This document shows positions 12,775-27,175 of a stretch of DNA of 64,000 nt, one piece after another; the first letter of the stretch is position 1; each line of letters opens with the position of its first letter. Position numbers and translations under genes: made by a program. Source of the stretch: the human T2T-CHM13v2.0 reference genome, Homo sapiens; the NCBI RefSeq assembly GCF_009914755.1, contig NC_060934.1; one strand, written 5' to 3'. The notes beneath the pieces were generated by a model. That model was not told the origin of the DNA and did no database searches. It saw only the letters and a list, made by a program, of their open reading frames with translations.

Positions 12775-15700
12775 ATATCTTCACATAAAAAATGCAAAGA
12801 GGCATTCTCAGAAACTTCTTTGTGATGTGTGCATTCAACTCACAACGTTGAACATTCCTTTTCATAGAGCAGTTTTGAAACAGTCTTTTTGTAGAATCTA
12901 CAAGTGGATATTTTGAGCTCTTTGAGGCCTATGGTGGAAAAGGAAGTGTCTTCACATAAAAAGTAGTCAGAAGCATTCTGAGAAACTTCTTTGTGATATG
13001 TGTGTTCAACTCACAGAGTTGAACCTTCCTTTTGATAGAGCAATTTTGAAACCCTCATTTTGAAGGATCTGCAAGTGGATGATTTGGAGCACTTTGAGGT
13101 CTTCATTGGAAACGGGCATATCTTCACATAAAAACTAGACAAAAGCATTCTCAGAAATTTCTTTGTGATGGGTGCATTCAACTAAGAGAGTTGAACCTTC
13201 CTTTTGATTGAGCAATTTGAACCCTGTTTTTGTAGAATCTGCAAGTGGGTATTTGGAGCGCTCTGAGGCCTTCGGTTGAAACAGGAATAACTTCACATGA
13301 AAACTAGACAGAGGCATTCTCAGAAACTTCTTTGTGATGTGTGCATTCAACTCACAGAGTTGAACCTTCTTTTTGATGTAGCAGTTTTGAAACACTCTTT
13401 TTGGAGAATCTGCAAGTGGATATGTAGAGTGCTTTGAGGCCTTTAGTTGAAACAGGAATATGTTCACAAAAAAACTAGACAGAAGCATTTTCAGAAACTT
13501 CTTTAGATGTGTGCATTCAACTCACATAGTTGAACCTTTCTTTTGATAGAGCAGTTTTGAAACATTCTTTTTGTAGTATCTGCAAGTGGATATTTGGAAC
13601 TCTTTGAAGCCTGTGGTAGAAAAGGAAACATCTTCATATAAAAAAATAGACAGAAGCATTCTTAGAAACTACATTGTTATGTGTGCATTAAACTCACAGG
13701 GTTGAACCTTTCTTTTGATAGAGCAGTTTTGAAACACTCTTTTTGTAGGATCTGTATGTGGATATTTGGAGCACTTTGAGGCCTTCATTGGAAACGGGAA
13801 TATCTTCACATAAAAACTAGACAGATGCATTCTCAGAAACTACTTTGTGCTGTGTGCATTCAAGTCACAGAGAAGAACCTTCCTATTGACAGAGCAGTTC
13901 TGAAATACTCTTTTTGTGGAATCTGCAAGGGGATATTTGGAGCTGTTTGAGGGCTTTGGTGGAAACGGGAATACCTTCACATAAAAACTAGATGGAAGAA
14001 CTCTCAGAAACTTATTTGTGATCTGTGCATTCAACTCACAGAGTTGTACTTTTCTTTTGATAGAGCAGATTTAAACACTTTTTTGATAGAAGCTGCTAGT
14101 GGACATTTGGAGCGCTTTGAGGGCTATGGTGAAAAAGGACATATCTTCACATAAAAACTGGACAGAAGGATTCTCAGAAACTTCTCTGTGATGTGTGCAT
14201 CAGAGTTATACATCTCTTTTGATAGAGATGTTTTCAAACACTCTTTTTGTAGAATCTGCAGGTGGACATTTGGAGTGCTTTGAGGCCTGTGGTGGAAAAG
14301 CAACTATCTTCACATAAAAACTAGACAGAAGCATTCTCAGAAACTACTTTGTGATGTGTGAATTCCACTCACCAAGTTGAACCCTTCTTTTGATAGAGCA
14401 GATTTGAAACAATCTTTTTGTAGAATCTGCAACTGGACATTTTGAGAGCTTTGAGGGCTATGGGGGAAAAGGAAATATTTTCACATACAAAGTGGTCAGA
14501 AGCATTCTCAGAAACTACTTTGTGATGTGTGCATTCAACACACGGAGTTGAAACTTTCTTTTGATATAGCAGTTTTGAAACAATCTTCTTGTAGAATCTG
14601 CAAGTGGATATTTGGAGCAATTTGAGGCCTTTGTTGGAAACGGGAATATCTTCACATAAAAACTAGACAGATGCATTCTGAGAAACTTCTTTGTAATGTG
14701 TGCATTCAACTCATAGAGGCGAACCTTATTTTTGATAGAGCAGTTTTGAAACAATCCTTTTGTTGAATCTGCAAGTGAATATTTGGAGCTCTTTGAGGCC
14801 TTCTGTGGAAAAGTCAACAACTTCACATAGAAATTAAGCAGAAGCATTCTCAGAAACTACTTTGTGATGTGTGCTGAGTTGAACCTTCCTTTTGATAGAG
14901 CAGTTTTGAAACAATCTTTTTGTAGAATCTGCAAGTGGATATTTGGAGCGTTTTGAGGCCTATGGTGGAAAAGGAAATATCTTCACATAAAAACTAGACA
15001 GAGGCATTCTCAGAAACTTCTTTGAGATGTGAGCATTCAACTCACACAGTTGAAACTTCTTTTTGATAGAGCAGTTTTGAAACACTCTTTTTCTAGGATC
15101 TGCGAGAGGATATTTGGAGTGCTTTGAGGCCTATGGTAGACAAGGAAATATCTCATATAAAAACTAGACAGAAGCATTCTCAGAAACTACTTTGTGATGT
15201 GTGTATTCAACACACAGAGCTGAACCTTTCTTTTGATAGAGCAGTTTTGAAACACTCTTTTTGTAGAATCTGCAACTGGACATTTGGAGCGCTTTGAATC
15301 CTCTGGTGGAAAAGAAAATATCTTCTCATAAAAAGTAGACAGAAACATTCTCAGAAACTTGTTTGTAATGTGTGCATTCATCTCAGAGAGCTGATCCTTC
15401 CTTTTGGTAGAGCAGATTTGAAACAATATTTTTGTAGAGTTTGCAAGTGGGTATTTGGAGCACTTTGGGGTCCATGTTAGAAAAGGAAATATCTTCACAC
15501 AAAAACTAGACAGAAGCATTCTCAGAAACTTCTCTGTGATGTTTGCATTTAACTCACAGAGTTGAACATACCTTTTCATAGAGGAGTTTTGAAACACTCT
15601 TTTTGTAGAATCAGCAATTGGATATTTGGAACGCTTTGAGGCCTTTGTCGGAAATGGGAATATCTTCATTTAAAAACTAGACAGAAGCATTCTCAGAAAC

Positions 15701-18700
15701 TTCCTTGTGATGTGTGAATTCAACTCACAGAGTTGAACTTTTCTTTTGATAGAGCAGTTTTGAAACACTCTTTTTGTAGAATCTGCAAGTGGATATTTGG
15801 AGCTCTTTGAGGCCTTCAGTGGAAACGGGGATATCTGCAGATAAAAACTAGACAGAAGCATTCTCAGAAATTTCTTTGTGATGTGTGCATTCAACTCATA
15901 GAATTGCACCATTTTTTCATAGAGCAGTTTTGAAATATACTTTTTGTAGGATCTCCCAGTGGACATTTGGAACACTTTGAAGCCTGTGGTGGAAAAGGAA
16001 ATACCTGCACATAAAAAGTAGACAGAAGTATTCTCAGAAACTTCTTTGTGATGTGTGCATTCAACTGACAGAGTTGAACATTCCTTTTCATAGAGCTGTT
16101 TTGAAACACTCTTTTGTAGAATCTGCAAGTGGACATTTGGAGCGCTTTGAGGGCTATGGTGGAAAAGGAAATATCTTCACATAAAAACTAGATAGAAGCA
16201 TTCTCAGAAATGTCTTTGTGATGTTTGCATTCAACTCACAGAGTTGAACATAACTTTACATAGAGCAGTTTTGAAACACTCTTTTTGTGGAATCTGAAAG
16301 TGGACATTTGAAGCGCTTTGAGGGCTATGGTGGAAAAGGAAATATCTTCACATAAAAAGTAGGCAGAAGCATTCTCAGAAATTTCTTTGTAATGTTTGAA
16401 TTCAGCTAACAGATTTGAACATACCTTTTCAGAGAGCAGTTTTGAAACACTCTTTTTGTAGAATCTGCAAGTGCATATTTGGACCGCTTTGAGGCCTTCC
16501 TTGGAAAAAGGAATATCTTCAAATAAAAACTAGACAGAAACATTCTCAGAAATTTCTTTGTGATGTGTGCATTCAAATCACAGAGTTGAAACTTCCTTTT
16601 GATAGAGCAATTTTGAAACAGTCTTTTTGAAGAATCTCCTTGTGGATATTTGGAGTGCTTTGGGGCCTATGGTTGAAACGAGAATATCTTCACATAAGAA
16701 CTAGACAGAAGCATTCTCACAAACTTCTTTGTGATGTCTGCATTCAACTCCCAGAGATGAACATACCTTTTGATAGAGCAGTTTTGAAACACTCTTTTTG
16801 TAGAATCTGCAAGCGGATATTTGGAGCGCCTTGAGGCGTACGGTTGAAACGGGAATATCTTCACATAAGTATTAGAAAGAACGATTCTCAGAACTTCCTT
16901 GTTAGGTGTGCATTCAACTCACAGAGTTGAACCTTTCTTTTGATAGGGCAGGGTTGAAACCCTCTTTTTGTAAAATCTGCAAGTGGACATTTGGAGCATT
17001 TTGAAGCCATCGTTGGAAACGGGAATGTCTTCACATAAAAAATTTGACCGAAGCATTCTCAGAAACTTCTTTGTGCTGTGTGCATTCAACTCACAGAGTT
17101 GAAATTTCTTTCAATAGAGCAGTTTTGAAACAGTCTTTTTGTAGAATCTGCAAGTGGACATTTGGAGCACTTTGAGGCCTGTGGTGGAAAAGAAAAATAT
17201 ATTCACATAAAGACCAGACAGAAGCATTCTCAGAAACTTCTTTGTGATGTTTGCATTCAACTCCCAGAGATGAACATACCTTTTGATAGAGCAGTTTTGA
17301 AACACTCTTTTTGTGGAATCTGCGAATGGTTACTTGGAACGCTTTGAGGCCTTCATTAGAAACGGTAAGATATTCACATAAAACTAGACAGAAGCATTCT
17401 CAGTAACTTTTTTGTGCTATGTGATTTCAACTCAGAGAGTTGAACTTTCCTTTTGATAGAGCAGTTTTGAAACACTCCTTTGTAGAATCTGCAAGTGGAC
17501 ATTTGGAGCACTTTGAGGCCTTCAGTGGAAAAGTAAATATCTACACTTAAAAACTAGACAGAAGCATTCTCAGAAACTTCTTTGTAATGTGTGTATTCAA
17601 CTCACAGAGTTGAACCTCCCTTTTGATAGAGCAGTTTTAAAACACTCTTTTTGTAGAATCTCCAAGTGGATATTTGGAGCTCTTTGAGGTCTATGGTGCA
17701 AACAGGAATATCTTCAGATAAAAAGCAGACAGAAGAATTGTCAGAAACTTCTTTGTGATGTGTCCATTCAACTCACAGAGTTGAACCTTCCTTTTGAGAG
17801 AGCAGTTTTGAAATTCTCTTTTAGTAGAATGTACAAGTGGATATTTGGAGCACTTTGAGGCCTATGGTAGAAAAGAAAATATCTTCATATAAAAACTAGA
17901 CAGAAGAATTCTCAGAATCTTCTTTGTGATGTGTGCATTCAACTCACGGAGTTGAACCTTTCTTTTGATAGAGCAGTTTGGAAACACTCTTTTTGTAGAA
18001 TCTGCAAGTGGCTATTTGGAGCACTTTCAGGCCTATGTTGGACAAGGAAATATCTTCACATAAAAAGTAGACAGAATCATTCTCAGAAACTTCTTTGTGA
18101 TGTTTACATTGAACTCACAGGGTTAAACATACGTTTTCATAGAGAAGTTTTGAAACACTCTTTTTGTAGAATCTACAGGTGGACATTTGGACTGCTTTGA
18201 GGCCTTTGTTGGGAATGGGAACATCTTCACATAAAAACTAGACAGAAGCATTCTCTGAAACTTCTTTTTGATGTGTGCATTCAACTCACAGATTTGAACC
18301 TTCCTTTTGATAGAGCAGTTTTGAAAAACTCCTTTTGTCGAATCTGCAAATGGATATTTGGAGTGCTTTGAGGCATACATTTGAAAGGGGAATATCTTCA
18401 CATAAAAATTAGACTGAACATTCTCATAAACGTCTTTGTGATGTGTGCGTTCAAGTCACAGTGTTGAACCTTTCTTTTGATAGAGCAGTTTTGAAACTCT
18501 CTTTTTGTAGGATCCGTAAGTGGACATTTGGAGCACTTTGAAGCCTTTGGTGGAAAAGGAAATATCTTCACATAAAAACTAGACAGAAGCATTGTCAGAA
18601 ACTTGTTTGTGATGTGTGCACTAAACTCACAGATTTGAACCTTCCTTTTTATAGAGCAGTTTTTGAAACACTGTTTTTGTAGAATCAGCAAGTGGATATT

Positions 18701-19058
18701 AAGAGCGTTTTGAAGACTACGGTGGAAATGGGACTATCTTCACATAAAAACTAGACGGAAGCATTCTCAGAAACTTCTTTGTGATGTGTGCATTCAAAAC
18801 AGAGAGTTGAACCTTCCTTTAGATAGAGCAGTTTTGAAACACTCTTTTTGTGGAATCTGCAAGTGGATATTTGCAGCGCTTTGAAGCCTTCATTGGAAAA
18901 GGGTATATCTTCACATAAAAACTTGACAGAAGCAATATCAGAAAATTCTTTCTGATGTGTGCATTCAACTCACAGAGTTGAACCTTCCTTTTGATAGAGC
19001 AGTTTTGAATCACTCTTTTTGTAGAATCTGCAAGTGGATATTTGGAGCGCTTTGAGGC

Positions 19059-19075
19059 CTTCGGTTTAAACGGGC
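19059..19075 (+). promoter_or_regulatory. CENP-B box variant retaining the 9 core bases
   Basis: cttcggtttaaacgggc. Confidence 0.75.
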
Positions 19076-21136
19076 ATATCTTCACATAAAAACTGGACAG
19101 AAGCATTCTCAGGAAGTATCTTTGTGATGTGTGCATTGAACTCACGGAGTTGGACCTTCCTTTTGATAGAGCAATTTTGAAACATTCCTTTTTAGAATCT
19201 GCAAGTGTATATTTGGAGCACTTTGAGGCCGATGGTAGAAAAGGAAATATCTTCATATAAAAACTAGACAGAATCATTCTCAGAATCTACTTTGTGATGT
19301 GTGCATTCACCTCACAGAGTTGAAACTTTATTTTGATAGAGCAGTTTTGAAACATTCTTTTTGTAGAATCCACAAGTGGACATTTGGAGAGCTTTGAGGC
19401 CTACGGTGGAAACTTAAATATCTTCTCATAAAAACTAGACAGAAGCATTCTCAGAAACTTCTTTGTGATGTTGGCATTCAACTCAAAGAGTTGAACATAC
19501 CTTTTCATAGAACAGTTTTGAAACAGTCTTTTTGTATCATCTGCAAGTGGATATTTCGACCACTTTGAGGCCTTCGTTGGAAAAGGGAATATCTGCTTAT
19601 AAAAACTAGACAGTAGCATTCTCAGAAAATCCTTTGTGATGTGTGCATTCAACTCACAGAGCTGAACCTTCCTTTTGATAGAGTGGTTTTGAAACACTCG
19701 TTTTGTAGCATCTGCAAGTGGATATTTGTAGCGCTTTGAGGCCTGTGGTGGAAACGGGAATATCTTCACATAAAAACTAGACAGAAGCATTCTCAGAAAC
19801 TTCTTTGTGATGTGTGCATTCAAATAAGAGAGTTGAACCTTCCTTTAGATAGAGAAGTTTTGAAACACTCTTTTTGTGGAATCTGCAAGTGGATATTTGC
19901 AGCGCTTTGAAGCCTTCATTGGAAATGGTAATATCTTCACATGAAAACTTGACAGAAGCAATCTCAGAAACTTCTTTCTGATGTGTGCATTCAACTCACA
20001 GAGTTGAACCTTCCTTTTGATAGAGCAGTTTTGAATCACTCTTTTTGTAGAATCTGCAAGTGGATATTTGGAGTGCTTTGAGGACATCGGTTTAAATGGG
20101 CATATCTTCACATAAAAACTAGACAGAAGCATTCTCAGAAATGACTTGTGATGTGTGCATTCAACTCACGGAGTTGAACCTTCCTTTTGATAGAGCAGTT
20201 TTGAAACTCTCTTTTTGTAGAATCTGCAAGTGGATATTTGGACAGCTTTGAGGCCTTCGCTGGAAATAGGAATATCTTCACATAAGAACTATACAGAAAC
20301 ATTCTCAGAAACTTCTTTGTGATGTCTGCATTCAGCTCACAAATTTGAACCTTCCTTTTGAAAGGGCAGTTTTGAAACACTCTTTTTGTAGAATCTGCAA
20401 GCTTATACTTGGAGCACCTTGAGGCCTATGGTTGAAGGGGGAATATCTTCACATAAACACTAGAAAGAACGATTCTCAGAAACTACCTTATGTGTGCATT
20501 AAACTCACAGAGTTGAACCTTACTTTTGATAGAGCAGTTATGAAACACTCTTTTTGTACAATCTGCAAGAGGATATTTGGAGCACTTTGAAGCCATCGCT
20601 GGAAACGGGAATATATTCACATAAAAAGTAGACAGAAGCATTGTCAGAAACTTCTTTGTGATGTGTGCATTCTACTCTCAGAGTTGAACCTTCCTTTTAA
20701 TAGAGCAGTTTTGAAATACTCTTTTATTAGAATGTGCAAGTGGATATTTGGAGCTCTTTGAGGCCTATGGTAGAAAAGGAAATATCTTCATATTAGTACT
20801 AGACAGAAGCATTCTCAGAAACTACTTTGTGATGTGTGCATTCAACTCACAGAGTTGAACATTTCTTTTGATACAGCACTTTTGAAACTCTCTTTTTGTA
20901 AAATCTGCAAGTGGCTATTTGGAGCGCTTTCAGGGGTATGTTGGACAACAAAATATCTTCACATAAAAAGTAGACAGAATCATTCTCAGAAACTTCTTTG
21001 TGATGTGTGTATTCAATTCACACAGTTGAACCTTCCTTTTTATATAGCAGCTTTTAAACACTGTATTTGTGGAATCAGCAAGTGGATATTAGGAGCATTT
21101 TGAGGACTATGGTGGAAACGGGACTATCTTCACATT

Positions 21137-21151
21137 AAAACTAGACAGAAG
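21137..21151 (+). repeat. 5' target-site duplication of the L1HS (15 bp)
   Basis: aaaactagacagaag, repeated at 27161-27175; the empty site reads TT/AAAA. Confidence 0.95.
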
Positions 21152-22034
21152 ATAGGAACAGCTCCGGTCTACAGCTCCCAGCGTGAGCGACGCAGAAGAC
21201 GGGTGATTTCTGCATTTCCATCTGAGGTACCGGGTTCATCTCACTAGGGAGTGCCAGACAGTGGGCACAGGCCAGTGTGTGTGCGCACCGTGCGCGAGCC
21301 GAAGCAGGGCGAGGCATTGCCTCACCTGGGAAGCGCAAGGGGTCAGGGAGTTCCCTTTCCGAGTCAAAGAAAGGGGTGACGGACGCACCTGGAAAATCGG
21401 GTCACTCCCACCCGAATATTGCGCTTTTCAGACCGGCTTAAGAAACGGCGCACCACGAGACTATATCCCACACCTGGCTCGGAGGGTCGTACGCCCACGG
21501 AATCGCGCTGATTGCTAGCACAGCAGTCTGAGATCAAACTGCAAGGCGGCAACGAGGCTGGGGGAGGGGCGCCCGCCATTGCCCAGGCTTGCTTAGGTAA
21601 ACAAAGCAGCCGGGAAGCTCGAACTGGGTGGAGCCCACCACAGCTCAAGGAGGCCTGCCTGCCTCTGTAGGCTCCACCTCTGGGGGCAGGGCACAGACAA
21701 ACAAAAAGACAGCAGTAACCTCTGCAGACTTCAGTGTCCCTGTCTGACAGCTTTGAAGAGAGCAGTGGTTCTCCCAGCACGCAGCTGGAGATCTGAGAAC
21801 AGGCAGACTGCCTCCTCAAGTGGGTCCCTGACCCCTGACCCCCGAGCAGCCTAACTGGGAGGCACCCCCCAGCAGGGGCACACTGACACCTCACACGGCA
21901 GGGTATTCCAACAGACCTGCAGCTAAGGGTCCTGTCTGTTAGAAGGAAAACTAACAACCAGAAAGGACATCTACACCGAAAACCCATCTGTACATCACCA
22001 TCATCAAAGACCAAAAGTAGATAAAACCACAAAG
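21152..22034 (+). promoter_or_regulatory. L1 5'UTR: CpG-rich internal sense promoter and antisense promoter; YY1 site absent
   Basis: Begins ataggaacagctccggtctacagctccc; GC/CpG-rich island within AT-rich satellite; lacks the terminal ggaggagccaagatggccga. Confidence 0.9.
21364..21579 (-). CDS. ORF0: L1 ORF0 (71 aa, antisense)
   Basis: MAGAPPPASLPPCSLISDCCASNQRDSVGVRPSEPG...RHPFL matches primate L1 ORF0; ATG at 21579. Confidence 0.85.
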   Translation of the reverse strand: MAGAPPPASLPPCSLISDCCASNQRDSVGVRPSEPGVGYSLVVRRFLSRSEKRNIRVGVTRFSRCVRHPFL

Positions 22035-23051
22035 ATGGGGAAAAAACAGAACAGAAAAACTGGAAACTCTAAAACGCAGAGCACCTCTCCTCCTCCAAAG
22101 GAACGCAGTTCCTCACCAGCAACAGAACAAAGCTGGATGGAGAATGATTTTGACGAGCTGAGAGAAGAAGGCTTCAGACGATCAAATTACTCTGAGCTAC
22201 GGGAGGACATTCAAACCAAAGGCAAAGAAGTTGAAAACTTTGAAAAAAATTTAGAAGAATGTATAACTAGAATAACCAATACAGAGAAGTGCTTAAAGGA
22301 GCTGATGGAGCTGAAAACCAAGGCTCGAGAACTACGTGAAGAATGCAGAAGCCTCAGGAGCCGATGCGATCAACTGGAAGAAAGGGTATCAGCAATGGAA
22401 GATGAAATGAATGAAATGAAGTGAGAAGGGAAGTTTAGAGAAAAAAGAATAAAAAGAAATGAGCAAAGCCACCAAGAAATATGAGACTATGTGAAAAGAC
22501 CAAATCTACGTCTGATTGGTGTACCTGAAAGTGATGTGGAGAATGGAACCAAGTTGGAAAACACTCTGCAGGATATTATCCAGGAGAACTTCCCCAATCT
22601 AGCAAGGCAGGCCAAGGTTCAGATTCAGGAAATACAGAGAACGCCACAAAGATACTCCTCGAGAAGAGCAACTCCAAGACACATAATTGTCAGATTCACC
22701 AAAGTTGAAATGAAGGAAAAAATGTTAAGGGCAGCCAGAGAGAAAGGTCGGGTTACCCTCAAAGGAAAGCCCATCAGACTAACAGTGGATCTCTCGGCAG
22801 AAACCCTACAAGCCAGAAGAGAGTGGGGGCCAATATTCAACATTCTTAAAGAAAAGAATTTTCAACCCAGAATTTCATATCCAGCCAAACTAAGCTTCAT
22901 AAGTGAAGGAGAAATAAAATACTTTATAGACAAGCAAATGCTGAGAGATTTTGTCACCACCAGGCCTGCCCTAAAAGAGCTCCTGAAGGAAGCGCTAAAC
23001 ATGGAAAGGAACAACTGGTACCAGCCGCTGCAAAATCATGCCAAAATGTAA
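22035..23051 (+). pseudogene. ORF1: L1 ORF1p (338-codon frame) disrupted by two in-frame stops, R130* and W150*
   Basis: MGKKQNRKTGNSK start; TGA at 22422-22424 and 22482-22484; the frame continues to ...QNHAKM* at 23051. Confidence 0.95.
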
Positions 23052-23090
23052 AGACCATAGAGACTAGGAAGAAACTGCATCAACTAATGA

Positions 23091-26942
<3,852 letters not shown>

Positions 26943-26997
26943 ACAATGAGATCACATGGACACAGGAAGGGGAATATCACACTCTGGGGACTGTGGT

Positions 26998-27019
26998 GGG
27001 GTCGGGGGAGGGGGGAGGG
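26998..27019 (+). other. L1 3'UTR G-rich tract (G-quadruplex-capable)
   Basis: ggggtcgggggaggggggaggg, four runs of at least 3 G. Confidence 0.75.
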
Positions 27020-27144
27020 ATAGCATTGGGAGATATACCTAATGCTAGATGACACATTAGTGGGTGCAGCGCACCAGCATGGCACATGTATACATATGTA
27101 ACTAACCTGCACAATGTGCACATGTACCCTAAAACTTAGAGTAT

Positions 27145-27160
27145 AATAAAAAAAAAAAAA
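27145..27160 (+). terminator. L1 polyadenylation signal and poly(A) tail
   Basis: aataaa at 27145-27150 running into a pure A-tract that merges with the TSD. Confidence 0.9.
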
Positions 27161-27175
27161 AAAACTAGACAGAAG
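27161..27175 (+). repeat. 3' target-site duplication of the L1HS
   Basis: aaaactagacagaag identical to 21137-21151; the alphoid monomer resumes in register. Confidence 0.95.

Larger units (their letters stand above)
10911..21151 (+). repeat. Alpha-satellite, monomeric with irregular A/B alternation (SF5 R1/R2-like)
   Basis: Switch to ctagacagaagcattctcag, cattcaactcac and gatagagcag; mix of ctatggtggaaaagg (A) and cttc(g/a)ttggaaa(c/t)ggga (B) boxes. Confidence 0.88.

Noticed and set aside
22491-23051. 186-aa ORF as a separate gene
   Set aside because: It is the ORF1 remainder after the W150 stop, starting at a GTG
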